From: Octopus sinensis
Lineage: Eukaryota
DNA length: 64,000 bases
Assembly (NCBI RefSeq): GCF_006345805.1
Contig: NC_043014.1
Span: forward strand, 27,280,001 to 27,344,000
Reading direction: 5' to 3'
Under the pieces are notes generated by a model, which did no database searches, was not told the origin of the DNA, and worked only from the letters and a program-made list of their open reading frames with translations. Of this stretch, positions 13,479 through 27,756 are shown piece by piece (position 1 is the stretch's first letter; each line of letters begins with the position of its first letter). Position numbers and translations under genes: made by a program.

Positions 13479-13643
13479 ATGGACATGAGTTAGAAGAAGA
13501 ACAGTAATAAGCGAATGAAGAACGAACATATAGTGCATGTGCTTATTTGGCAAAAAAAAGAAAAATGACCATCCCGAAATACAACAATATCTGTTTCAAC
13601 AGACGACTTCACATCAGGAAAATTGCAACACAAATCCATAAAC

Positions 13644-13695
<52 letters not shown>

Positions 13696-13816
13696 CATAA
13701 TACATACATACATACATACATACATATACATATTTTTGCGTTCTTGTCCCAATTTTGTATTTTTTATGTATAAAAAAAAATAGCAGCATACATACACTTT
13801 GGTCTCTTATATGTAA

Positions 13817-13861
<45 letters not shown>

Positions 13862-13875
13862 ATAATATATATATA

Positions 13876-13907
<32 letters not shown>

Positions 13908-13908
<1 letters not shown>

Positions 13909-14157
13909 CATAAGGGACATTAGCCAACTGAATATGGCTAGGGACAGGGCAGGTGGGGTGGGGGTGTCACTGTTGCATTTAGCCCCAGGCGAACATCAAC
14001 GTCACCAGATAGGCCGACGCCATCACGGCGTCCTCTATCTTGCAAAGGGAGATCATTCCCCAAGAAGCGGATGCCACACACGGACCTAGGTTTCAAGGTG
14101 TATTGCCTATTATCAACGTATGGTAGGCACCGCTTCTCGACGAACAACTCACCGTGC
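13908..14157 (-). repeat. Unclassified dispersed repeat (probable retroelement 3' end abutting (TA)n)
   Basis: A second copy occurs at 33698-33840. It contains the hairpins GACGCC-ATCAC-GGCGTC and TAGCCA..TGGCTA. Confidence 0.6.
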
Positions 14158-15374
14158 AAATATATATAAAGATTTTCATATATATATATATATATATATA
14201 TAATTATATATATATATATATATCTATATATATTATATTATAAAATAAATATATAAATTTTGCACGACTCTATTATTCTTTCTCTTCTTACATTCCTTAC
14301 TTCTTTCTATCAGCCCCTTCACACTTACTTCGTTCATTCCACTCTTTGTTCTTTCATTCCCCCTATCTCACGTTTCCTTGCCTTCTCTTTATGCTCACCT
14401 TCCCTCCTCTTTCACTTTACCCTGTCCCTTTCATTTCTTTCTCGCCCCATATTAATTCTTCTATCCCTCTGCCTCTACCTCTCTCTCTATTCTCTCCTCA
14501 AGTGATCAGTGTTCGGCCAAGCTAGACCTTTCTTTCTTGGTTCGACTACCATCCGTGCAACATCTATATTCCTCCCTTTGCCTGTCAAATCTTATGTCCC
14601 TGCCGTAAGGCTTTACTTCCACATACGCCAGCTTAATTTAATTCGTCCTTAGTCGAAAGACACCCGTTGTTAATGTCCTGTTATATGTATTTGTATACCA
14701 CTTCTCCGTTTTTTATGTCCTTGTTTTCGTATACATTCCAAGGAATTTAATGCTCTTAGTTTAGTTTTTCCTTGGAAATGACCAGATTGGCGCAATCTCG
14801 AGTATAACCAGCCGAAATTGCAAAGATAATCTAGAATTTCGACTGAGGATAGAAAACTCCGAATGACCCATCCCTGTTTTCTTTGTAACGTATGTCTGGA
14901 TGTTTTGTTGTTCCTTTTTTGTATCACCTAACTGTCTGGATGTTTTGCGTTCTTGTCCCATTTTTGTATTATATATATGTGTATATATATCAGCTAGAAT
15001 CAACGTGACACAGTGTAAAAAACTTATGGGTGCAATCTATCCGACATATTTCTGTACAACCCAATTCCGTGAACCCAATTTCATTCACAAAGCTTGAGTC
15101 GGCCTATTGCCATGCTAAAAAGTACTGCTTCAACATGTTATGCAATGGCGTCGAACTTGGAATCCTATGATATACCTTTTAATAAACAGGCGTAACACAC
15201 ACACACACACACATGTTAGTAGCGACCTAAAATGTGAGCAATCACTACTGATTTGATGGGAGAATTGTTTCTTTTGATAATAAATGTTGTTTCTACAATA
15301 CCAATGGTTTCATACAAGTGTATTCACAATTATTCAATCATAATTTGAATAATGCTGGCAACTCGGCCATCTTG

Positions 15375-15409
<35 letters not shown>

Positions 15410-15466
15410 ATTTTGATTTTTGATTTTTCCAGTTTCAGCTAATGAGCTGTGGCCATGCTGGGGCAC

Positions 15467-15497
<31 letters not shown>

Positions 15498-15504
15498 TTT
15501 ATCT

Positions 15505-15880
15505 TTTACTTGATTCAGTCATTTGACTGCAGCCATACTACAGCACTGGATTTTAGTTGAACAAGTCGACCCCAGGACTTTTTTATTCCTAGTACTTATT
15601 CTATCCGTCTCTTTTGCCGAACCATTAAGTTATGGGGACATAAACACACCAATACCGGTTGTCAAGCGGTGGGGATGGGGGACAAACAGACACAGACACA
15701 CGCACATAGATATATACATATATACGATGGGCTTCTTTCAGTTTTGTTCTGCCAAATCTACTCACAAGGCTTTGGTTGACCCTAAGCTATAAAAGAAAAC
15801 ACTTGCCCAAGCTGCCACGCTGTGGAGCTGAACCCGGAACCCTATGATTGAGATGCAAGCTTCTTGCCACACAGCCATGA
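15505..15880 (-). mobile_element. tRNA-derived SINE, family A (CORE-like central motif, internal microsatellite)
   Basis: The reverse complement has an A-box-like TGGCTGTGTGG, a B-box-like GGTTCAGCTCC and a CTTGGGCAAGT motif. Homologous copies lie at 37540-37925 and 48746-49135. Confidence 0.75.
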
Positions 15881-16419
15881 CTTGGTTTGGTTTCTTTTTA
15901 TCCTGTTTCATTTTTGTTGTTTTTTTTACTTGATTGTGTTGTTACAAGTTGGTCAATGTAAGTGTTGTTGTTTACAATCTGAAGTGCTGCCTCTTCAACT
16001 TCAGACTCGCAGTCCATACTATAAAATCTTCAACGAGATTACGTTACCGTAAACAATCATGACATCTCTTGAAAGCTGAAGTAATTAGCAATGTCAAAGA
16101 AAGTAATCATAGTATGTTAAGAATTAAGATTCAAATCGATTATAAACACTTCAAGAAAAAACAAATAAGGATCGCCAAAAGCTTAATTGATAATCTCCAG
16201 GATGATACTATCACCAATTTAACTGAAAAATAAACACGAAATGATGATATTGAAGTTTAAAAGCTTTTATTGAAACAGCTGATGGCTACACAAAAATACG
16301 AAGTATAAACAAAATTTTTCTGAGAAATTGCATCTGATAAAGAAACGAAAAGATCTTGGTCAACTAGGCATATATGTATGTAGGTATTTATACACGCATA
16401 CATATATACATGTTTGTAT

Positions 16420-16463
<44 letters not shown>

Positions 16464-17899
16464 GTGTGTATGTATGTATATATATATGTGCGTGTGTGTA
16501 TAAATATATATATATGCAGTGTACATATATGTGTATGCATATGTATGCATCGGCGCAGACACGGATGCCAATGCATATGAGGATCTTTTTATATGATGCA
16601 TTTCATGAATATTTAAGTATTTTTACAATACCTTTCATAAGTACAAGGCCAGCAAATTTAGTGGAAGGAATTACAGTTAGATCCAAGCGCCATCAATATT
16701 TGACTGGCACTTTCTATTATTACAATGAAAGTAGATGAGTAGATGATTTTATAATATCAGTAAGACCATATGTAACACATATATATAGTTGGTATATATA
16801 TATATATATCCGTTTATCCAATATCCAAAAATAAAAATGATGAAAGTGGAACAAGGAAAGGAAAGGAAATAGAAAAAAGAAGAAAAAGGGAAAATAAAAA
16901 GTACAAAAAAGCATTAGTGCAACACCAAGTGCCTCAATTGGTCGCACACTACAAAATTCAACGGAACCTACTGAAGCAAGCCAACACGCTCATGACGTTA
17001 CCACGAGCGATGTCGAGGCTAAGGCGTTGGAACAGCCAAATATTCTCACGGGCATCACCTGACACCTCAGGAAGGAGATCAGCAAGCGATGACAAGAACT
17101 TCACCGTTAGCAGCCCAACCTCTCGAAATCTGATTTGGCGAATTTTTCTGGTTTTGTGAACCTCAGCTTCTAAGGAGTGGTACTGAAGAAATTAGTCATG
17201 TAGCCAAGTACTCCAACAATTATTGGTATATATTTAAAGTTATAGATAAGAGTAACCTAACATAGAATGATTTTCATCATTTTTTCCCTTTTGCTTGCGT
17301 GGCTTGTTTTCAAGTGCTTTGGTTTTTCTGGGAACTCCCTTTAAAGTAGAAGGAATAGCTAAGATTTTTTGATTGCTATTTCTAAACTTCGGTATGTGGT
17401 GAAGCAAATCGTAGCTGAACCCTAATTATATAGAATTACTTAAACTTACCATGAAATGGTCCCTTTCATGCCGAATCTTACTTGGTGAAATTACTGATTA
17501 CTTCTTAATTAATTAATTTCACCCTTTGTTATTATTGATAAGATTGAGTATGTGTAGATTTCTCATCAGTTCTCTTTCTCACTAATCTTTAACATTATGT
17601 TGACATCAGCTGACCAAATAATTTCAACTATTGTTCGTACTTTCTTTCTATGCTCCACATCCTTATATCTGGTATGTTGTCTTAACACGGATATTCCACC
17701 AATATTCTTTCGAATGACATGTTTTTCCGTTCTTTTTATCCTTTGTTGTACTCGTTTGGTGATGTCAGGTGGCAGTTATCTATGTTATAACAGGCTACAT
17801 GTTTTCTAGATAACCTTATTTAACATTTACATTCACTCCTTTAACAAAGTAAAGGGCCAGTCAGTAGATGCTGAAAGTAATCAAGATTCAGTCCATCGA

Positions 17900-19260
17900 T
17901 ATTCTGTTCTCGTCGAAAAGCTGCAATACCTAACAAGAGTGCATACCTGAAAATTTTACCATAGAAAACCGAAAGCCTCATCAAAACTATACATCTTTGA
18001 CAAAAAGACAAACCCAATAAGAATTATTACTTACTGAAAAACGACAAAGTCGCCTCCTCCCATTATTCTTATTCAGCCATTCAAAAAGAACACTCTTAAC
18101 ATGCAAAAAGAAAAACTTAAAAAATGAGGATGAATTCCAGAATGACCCAGAATGACAGAGAAATCGATGTTATATAGAACAGCAACATCAGATAAAACTA
18201 AGAATATTTATAAGTTCAGAATCATACTTACTTATATATGTGGATTCCAGCGAAACTCGTGATTTGTTCTACTTGTGCAATTTAAAATTATTAAAACAAA
18301 AATTCCTACATATTTTAGAGATGCTAGGATTATCTTAGAAACTGTAATAAACAAAAAATAAATTTCGAAAATAATTATTGAATTTTTTAGCGGTTTCTCT
18401 TTCAAAATCATTGTAAAACCCCACTGGCACTGGAAAATGATCAATTTCGTGGATATCACATGAAGCCAGTACAATTCATCATACTATCCATATAGAATTC
18501 ACAGAAAATTTCAATAAAGTCAATTCTCAAATTCTCTAATCACATGAAGAAAACTTAAATAAGTGCATTCACAAAATATCCCTCGGAATCTCCTGATTAT
18601 ATTCTGACGAAGCCATCTTCGAAAAACAGACACATCATTACAGCAAAACTTTAAAAGTGGATACATTGAAGAAATCAATTACTGCTAAGAAAAACAAAAC
18701 CCCAACTAAAACATGGAGGAAGGGAAATTAATATTATCTGGTACAATCCACTACAAAAAAAACCTCTAAAGCAAAATCACTCTTTCAAAAACGACAAAAT
18801 AAAAACGACATGAAAATCTCCTACTCAACCACCAATAGTGTCTCACAAATAATAACAAATTCCAACCAAGCAAATTTGAAACAAAAACAAAAAAAATCTT
18901 CCTTTCAATCACGGTCTCTTTTTTTCATATATAGGTTAAAGGGCAAAGTCATTCAAAAGTAGATTTATACAACACGTTTATTCATTTAAATACCCAAATA
19001 AGCAAACTTTTCTGAAACTATTTGGAAATTAAAAGCTTTTAACTCGCTTCATAATATTTCTCGGGAAGTTATCTCATATCCAAACCATACCACATAACAA
19101 TAAACCTTGTTAGTTTTGTTCAACAGAATTAGATGAAATATTAATCTTCAAACCAAAAATGCTCAATAAATATTCTGAAACAATCCCTTCTTGCCGAAGT
19201 ACAATAAACTCTTACAAATTATAGACACTGAATAATATTTTTTAAAATATCAACATTTTT
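17900..19260 (+). mobile_element. Degenerate PLE (RT C-terminus plus GIY-YIG)
   Basis: Remnant motifs I.WYNP (about 18735) and KISYSTTNSVSQIITNSN (about 18815), with endonuclease-like remnants to about 19200. Many stops. Confidence 0.6.
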
Positions 19261-19912
19261 CATTATCGACTATAAACAGTAACTTTACTTTTTTCCAACT
19301 TTTTTTCCTACACGCAGAATGCTTATACCTCTTTTGTACAAATTAGGTCATATGGAATGGCAGGTCTAGCTGTGTCACATATATGTGTTTTAAACACTAA
19401 GTATTTGAATTCCCATTAATACTTCTACCACCACTTGACCATGTACATGCCTATATACTTGCTTACATATACATATCTGCATATTTATATACATAACATA
19501 GGAGAAGAAATGGAGCAACATGTAACAATTAGAAGTTGATCATTAGTATCGAATGATCATAGTTTAATTATGGTTAAGATAACATTTACAGCTGTTTCAG
19601 TTTGTTATTTTGAGGTAAACTTGTGTTTATCTCGTTCCATGTAACAGACATCATTAGAATGATTTGAACTTTACCAGAAGAATATTGACAGGAGAAAAAA
19701 AGGGAAAAAGAAAAGGGAAAGAAAAGGGAAAAAGGAAAAACGAAAAAGGAAAAGGTTCGTTAGGTCTTCAGGCTTACATTTTTGCGTCCTTAAAAGATGT
19801 GTACAGTTCCTTCAAGTAGATGAATGGAGCAGTGAGTGGGGGAAATGACCAGTTGACCGGCGGTGTTAGACGAAAGAGTAATATCCAGTATTATTAATTG
19901 TAACAAATAACG

Positions 19913-20183
19913 CTATATAAATCCACGAGATAAGTCCCTATGATTACAAATAATGCTTTAGTTAAAAATTAAGGACGCTCTTAAAAGTTTAAGTGCGATA
20001 TACGGTATAAATCTGGGTTACGTAAATAGATGTAATAAATAAAGTGTTGTTATGTGTGGCCAGGGTTTACTACTCGTTAATATAATTAAAACAAATCAAC
20101 TCGGCTAGAATACATACCTATATATATATATATATATACCCACACATACATGTACATACATATATATATATATATATACATAC

Positions 20184-20215
<32 letters not shown>

Positions 20216-20472
20216 CACATACATACATACATACACACACACCCATAATATACACCACAACATACATACACATATATATACATACACAAACATATATACA
20301 CACATATATATATTATATATATATATACATATATACACACATACATACACCACACACCTACATACATATACACAACAAACACATACTACGTAAACATACA
20401 TACATACCTCCATACATCCATACTTACATGCACTTATTTACGCATACACACACCCCCATCTAATATATATAT

Positions 20473-20517
<45 letters not shown>

Positions 20518-21215
20518 TCACACATACATATACAATATACGCCCCACACATACATACATACATACACGTATACGCATACACGCACAATACACATATTACA
20601 TGCGTACCCATACACGTGCCCACACGCCATGCATCCATATGTATACACACACTCGTTTAATCCACTATATAAATCCACGAGATAAGTCCCTATGATTACA
20701 AATAATGCTTTAGTTAAAAATTAAGGACGCTCTTAAAAGTTTAAGTGCGATATACGGTATAAATCTGGGTTACGTAAATAGATGTAATAAATAAAGTGTT
20801 GTTATGTGTGGCCAGGGTTTACTACTCGTAATATAATTAAAACAAATCAACTCGGCTAGAATACATACCTATATATATATATATANNNNNNNNNNNNNNN
20901 NNNNNNNNNNNNNNNNNNNNNNNNNNNNNNNNNNNNNNNNNNNNNNNNNNNNNNNNNNNNNNNNNNNNNNNNNNNNNNNNNNNNNAATATGCTTAGTTAA
21001 AAATTAAGGACCTCTTAAAAGTTTAGTGCGATATACGGTATAAATCTGGGTTACGTAAATAGATGTAATAAATAAAGTGTTGTTATGTGTGGCCAGGGTT
21101 TACTACTTCGTTAATATAATTAAACAAATCAACTCGGCTAGAATACATACCTTACTATATATATATATACCCACACATACATGTACATACAAATATAAAT
21201 ATATATATATCATAC

Positions 21216-21246
<31 letters not shown>

Positions 21247-21472
21247 AACACATACATACATACATACACACATAACCCATATTATACACACACTACATAC
21301 ACATATATATACTACCAAACATATACACCCATACATAATATATAGATATACATATATACACACTACAACAACCCTACATACATATACACACAAACCATAC
21401 ATACGTAAACATACATACATACCTCCATACATCCATACTTACATGCACTTATACGCATACACAACACCCCCA

Positions 21473-21518
<46 letters not shown>

Positions 21519-21947
21519 TATCCACCTCACACATACATATCAAATATACGCCGCCCACATACATACATACATACACTATACGCATACACGCACATACACA
21601 TAATCATGCGTACCCATACACGTGCCACACGCACATGCATCCATATGTATACACACACTCGTTTAATCACTATATAAATCCACGAGATAAGTCCCTATGA
21701 TTACAAATAATGCTTTGTTAAAAAATTAAGGACGCTCTTAAAAGTTTAAGTGCGATATACGGTATAAAATCTGGGTACGTAAATAGATGTAATAATAAAG
21801 TGTTGTTATGTGTGGCCAGGGTTTACTACTCGTTAATTATAATTAAAAACAAATCAACTCGGCTAGAATACATACCTATCATATATATATATATATATAT
21901 ATACCCACACATACATTTACATACATAAATATATATATAGTACATAC

Positions 21948-21980
<33 letters not shown>

Positions 21981-22208
21981 CACATACATACATACATACA
22001 CCACACACCCATATATATACACACATACATACACATATATATACATACCAAACATATATACACACATATATATATATATATACAATACATAATACACACC
22101 TACATACAACACCTACATCCATAACACACAAACCCATACATACGTAACATACATACATACCTCCTAACATCCATACTTACGCACTTATACGCATCCCACA
22201 CCCCCATC

Positions 22209-22239
<31 letters not shown>

Positions 22240-22397
22240 TATATATATATACACACTCACACATACATATACAAATATACCCCACACATACATACATACA
22301 CACGTATACGCATACACGCACATACACCTATACCTGCGTACCCATACACGTGCCCACACGCACATGCATCCATATGTATACACACACTCGTTTAATC
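19913..22397. repeat. Tandem array of a ~750-bp unit (about 290 bp AT-rich unique sequence plus about 460 bp TA/CA mosaic)
   Basis: The unit start CTATATAAATCCACGAGATAAG occurs at 19913, 20665 and 21670, and a further partial copy resumes after the gap. The array spans the N gap. Confidence 0.9.
20886..20985. other. Assembly gap (100 N)
   Basis: Run of n characters. Confidence 1.
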
Positions 22398-22399
22398 GT

Positions 22400-23960
22400 A
22401 TATACGTTAATGGCAGCACTAGCAATTAGTATGTTAGTCAGTGATCTAACTTTAATGTGAATATATTAAAGAGAATTGTAGCTCCGGGTGTCCCTCGTGC
22501 ATCTAGGATAAATAATTCAGTTAGCCAAAGTAAATTGAATATAATTGTGTTTTATGCTATTATGTCATGCTATGTGGTAAAGGTGAGGGTCAAAAGGAGG
22601 TAATCAGAGGTTAGACAAGTCAGCTAATAAACAGTAATGTAAGGTAGGTATTAATTTCTTTATTTATATACATATAAACGTGTGTACGTATGTTTATATA
22701 TATATATATATGTGTGTGTGTGTCATCATCATCATCATCATCATCAATATCATCATTAAATCATAAATCCGAAAGAGAAATACATTCTAAGTTATAGAGC
22801 AGTAGAGTATTTAGAGAATGTTAGTTATGACCGGTTCATAGGGTTACCCAGGGTTTTGCGTCTATAAAGCGCTTAACTTTACAACGTCTCATCAGACTCT
22901 AATACCCGGTGAGTTATAACCACTCATCATACTGGAGGAAGAAAAGGCCTCGTGGATAGTTTTCGAACGCACAGACCAAAAAGGTCAAGCGTAAAGACCA
23001 CTATCCGAATTCCACAAGTCAGCTTGCGGACACCAGGATTCACCTGAAGGTCCGAAGAGTTTTGTCTTGAAATTTAAGATGTTCCCCGAGTCGAGGGGGT
23101 TCTTTAATAAATATTGTCACCCGTTCCGCTATGAACAGCTTGAGACGTTTGAACCCATTGATATAGGGACCTGATTGCTCTAGAATTTCCCATGTGATTA
23201 CATGTGGAGTCCTTCTGTTCTTCAGGCGCCACGGGTGGCTGGAGAAAGATGTGGCATAACGTCTTTCCGAGATCCCAAACGAGGATTTGTGGAAGGCGAG
23301 GCGCTACTTGAAAGTGTTCCCGGAACATCCGATGTATTTCTGAATACTGTTGTTGGTATTGCTGTTTCTGTTACTGTTGTTGACATTGCTACTTTTGTTT
23401 TTGGTGCTGGTGCTGGCATCGTTAATGCTGGCGTAGGTGACATCATCGGTTGCGAAGTTGGTGTTGGCATTGTTGTTATTGTCATTGTTGATGTCTCCGT
23501 TGGTACAGCCATAACCATCGTCGTTGTTGGAACTGTTATCGGCGTTATAGTGGTTGTTGTTATCGTTGTTGTTATTGTAATTATCATCATTATCATTAGC
23601 GATGATGGTGCGGAATTTCTGCAACTACCGTAGCTGCTATTAAGGTCAGATACCACCTCAGTCTCATATACGACTCCCTTGGTTCCTCACTGGCCTCCCA
23701 CTGGGTATCTGATGTGGTCCCTGCATGGGCATCCCGCCTTCGCTTCTGCCCTAGGGACATTAACTAAAATACTCTTAATATTAGGGGCGCAGCTACAGCA
23801 GTAGCAGAAATAGCTTACCACTTTATATTGATAAAGGGCAACAACCCTGAAACATGTCTGCAGATGTCTGACTAGCAAGGTGAAGCGGCTGACCTCCCCT
23901 GTTCGAAGGTTGTAATGGACGCAGGTTCGTGTGCCATATAGCTAGCTAGAGGCGATGGCC
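22400..23960 (-). mobile_element. Degenerate PLE 3' part (linker plus GIY-YIG endonuclease plus 3' UTR)
   Basis: CSCAPNIKSIL, then GCPCRDHIRYPVGGQ*GTKGVVYETEV, then KYIGCSGNTFK*RLAFHKSSF..RYATSFSSHPWRLK..ITWEILEQ. Confidence 0.75.
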
Positions 23961-24151
23961 TCTTGGAGCTAATCAGAGACAGCTTTTGTCTTATATTTAT
24001 GGACTGCCATATTAGTATGGCGATAACTATAATATATATATATATAAAATATATATATTATATATATATTATTATTGTATATATATATGTGTGTATATAT
24101 ATATATATATATTATATATATTATATATATATATATATATATAGTATATAA

Positions 24152-24202
<51 letters not shown>

Positions 24203-24213
24203 TATATAGAAGG

Positions 24214-24264
24214 AGCTTCTACAGGACTAGTACTGTTTCATTCAAGAGAAATCTTCAGGAAGCT
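24214..24264 (-). ncRNA. Type I hammerhead ribozyme (left arm)
   Basis: Exact reverse complement of 29476-29526. Confidence 0.7.
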
Positions 24265-24962
24265 ATTCAACAAGAATTGTATTAGCATTTATACATTTAG
24301 GCAGGTTTAAAGGAGTGGTCGTGGGGACTTTTTTGGGGGTAGGCATAGCGCAAAATATCATACTTGGGGGAGTGGTCAAGGAGTCAGTGGTAAGTTAGAT
24401 GAAAGAATAGATAATAAAAAAAAATAAAAAAATAAAAAATAAAAATAAAAATAGAAAATAAAAAATAAAATGTGTGCACATACATACATAAACACATATA
24501 CATACACACACACATACGTACACAGTGTGCCTATAACATACCACACATCACACTACACATACATATAATATATATATATATATACACACATATATATATA
24601 TATATATATATAAATTATATATAATATATACACAATCCAATACAGGCCCATTCCCTAATTTTAATTTTATTATCTTCATTTATTACTTTTGTTATCTTTG
24701 ATCGCTAGAGCTAAGGATCCTGGCGATGGCAGCATGTCCAAATTGTCTGTCTACTAGAAGGCAAGTACTCGTTCCCGCACGCACACTCATTAGCACGTAC
24801 ATACACCATTCGTACACTCATACACATACACGTACGCACGCGTTATATTCATACATACAACATCTCATACGTTCACGTATATACACATACGTACTCGTAC
24901 CTACAGATTCATGTCTACACTTTAGGAGGCTAGTCTATATAATATACAACCAATAATATACA

Positions 24963-24993
<31 letters not shown>

Positions 24994-25114
24994 CACATAT
25001 ACACATACACAACACACACACCATATATATACTCCTACATACAGATACATACCATATATAATATATAATATACCCACACATACATGTACAACATATATAT
25101 ATATATATACATAC

Positions 25115-25147
<33 letters not shown>

Positions 25148-25383
25148 CCACATATACATACTACATACACACACACCCATATATATACACCACATACATA
25201 CACGATATATACATACACAAACATATATACACACATATATATATATTATATATATACCTATAACACACATACATACACACCCTACATACATATACACCCA
25301 AACATACATACGTACGTAAACATACATACATACCTCCATACATCCATACTTACATGCACTTATACGCATACACACACCCCCCA

Positions 25384-25436
<53 letters not shown>

Positions 25437-25969
25437 TCACACATACATATACAAATATACGCCCACTACATACATACATACACGTATACGCATACACGCA
25501 CATACACATATACATGCGTACCATACACGTGCCCACACGCACATGCATCCATATGTATACACACACACACACATATAACACGTGTGCAAGCATACATACA
25601 TACTCATACACGCACACATACTTACATATACATATATGCACACACTTACACACATATATACATACACATATACATGCATACATACATATATGCATACATA
25701 CACATACACGCACATACACATATACACATGCGTACCCATACACGTGCACGCACGCACGCGCATCCATATATATACACACGCACACATATATATACACGTG
25801 TGCAAGCATACATACATACTCATACACGCGCACATACTTACATATACATATATGCACACACTTCCACACATATATACATACACATATACATGCATACATA
25901 CATATATGCATACATACACACACGCGCACTCATATATACATATATATATATACACACATACACATATAC

Positions 25970-26009
<40 letters not shown>

Positions 26010-26416
26010 TATATATATACACATATACACATACACACATATACATACCTATCACTACATATATATACACATATACACATACACATACATGCACACATAC
26101 ACACACATACACATACACCTACATACATATAATATATATATATATATACACATATATACACACACATACACATTACACATACATATATACACACATACAT
26201 ACATATACATACACACACACATACATATATACACGGATACACATACCCATACATATATATATATAATATATATTATATATATATATACACACACACACAT
26301 ATACACATGCATATACTTATATCTCTACATACTCACATATAAACATATATATATATACAGACACACATACATATACATGTACACACACATACACATATAC
26401 ATACACATATACACAT

Positions 26417-26459
<43 letters not shown>

Positions 26460-26532
26460 CATATATATACATATATATATACATATATATATACACATAT
26501 ACATATACCCCCACATATATACATATATATAC

Positions 26533-26563
<31 letters not shown>

Positions 26564-27205
26564 TACATATACACATATACATGTATACATACGCAATAAT
26601 GATACACATATATACACATACACACACACAGACAGATGCATATACATACATATATATATAAAAATTACATATCTATATAAATACATACATAATACACATA
26701 TACACACACATATATACATACATATACATACATATAATATTATATATATAATATACATATAATATACATACATATACATATATATACACATACACATACA
26801 CATGCACATACATATACAATATACATACACATGCATACACCACACGGCGCGCACATACATATACACACACACATATACAAATATGTATTTGTATATGTGT
26901 GTGTGTATATGTATGTGCGCGCGTGTGTGTGTATGCATGTGTATGTATATTTGTATATGTATGTGCATGTGTATGTGTATGTGTATATATATGTATATGT
27001 ATGTATATATATGTATATATATATATTATATATATATGTATGTATATGTATGTATATATGTGTGTGTATATGTGTATTATGTATGTATTTATATAGATAT
27101 GTAATTTTTATATATATATGTATGTATATGCATCTGTCTGTGTGTGTGTATGTGTATATATGTGTATCATTATTGCGTATGTATACATGTATATGTGTAT
27201 ATGTA

Positions 27206-27244
<39 letters not shown>

Positions 27245-27258
27245 GTATATATGTGGGG

Positions 27259-27302
<44 letters not shown>

Positions 27303-27459
27303 GTATATGTATATGTATATATATATATATATAATGTATGTGTGTATGTGTATATGTGTATGTATATGTGTATGTGTGTGTACATGTATATGTATGTGTC
27401 TGTATATATATATATGTTTATATGTGAGTATGTAGAGATATAAGTTATGCATGTGTATA

Positions 27460-27507
<48 letters not shown>

Positions 27508-27725
27508 GGTATGTGTATCCGTGTATATATGTATGTGTGTGTGTATGTATATGTATGTATGTGTGTATATATGTATGTGTATATGTGTATGTGTGTGTAT
27601 ATATGTGTATATATATATATATATATATGTATGTAGGTGTATGTGTATGTGTGTGTATGTGTGCATGTATGTGTATGTGTATATGTGTATATATATGTAT
27701 GTGTATATGTATGTATATGTGTGTA

Positions 27726-27756
<31 letters not shown>

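Larger units (their letters stand above)
12410..13545 (+). mobile_element. 5'-truncated PLE (endonuclease C-terminus plus pLTR) with an inverted pLTR copy at its 5' end
   Basis: 12970-13110 encodes AKVLSTHRTDTTLRQIKEAIHVAIDRLNLNRKHEW, a GIY-YIG C-terminus. 13250-13545 is a diverged reverse complement of 12410-12970. Confidence 0.75.

Noticed and set aside
14640-14865. Possible outward hammerhead pair (CTAAGGA on minus at about 14650, CTGAGGA on plus at about 14842)
   Set aside because: Only a 13-bp inverted match; I could not build stem II, GAAA and stem III convincingly.
15790-15880. tRNA genes at SINE heads (also 34690-34770, 37860-37925, 48746-48810, 51440-51530)
   Set aside because: They have A/B-box-like motifs but no complete cloverleaf, and each continues into a SINE body.
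22869-22900. CTGATGA-GAC hammerhead-like start on minus, downstream of the 23-kb PLE
   Set aside because: The GAAA strand is incomplete (GTAAAG) and stem I is not formed; at best a decayed remnant.
23202-23656. Mucin-like Thr/Pro-rich ORF as a host gene exon
   Set aside because: It lies between the GIY and YIG motifs of a PLE endonuclease remnant and is an alternative frame of a triplet-rich insert.
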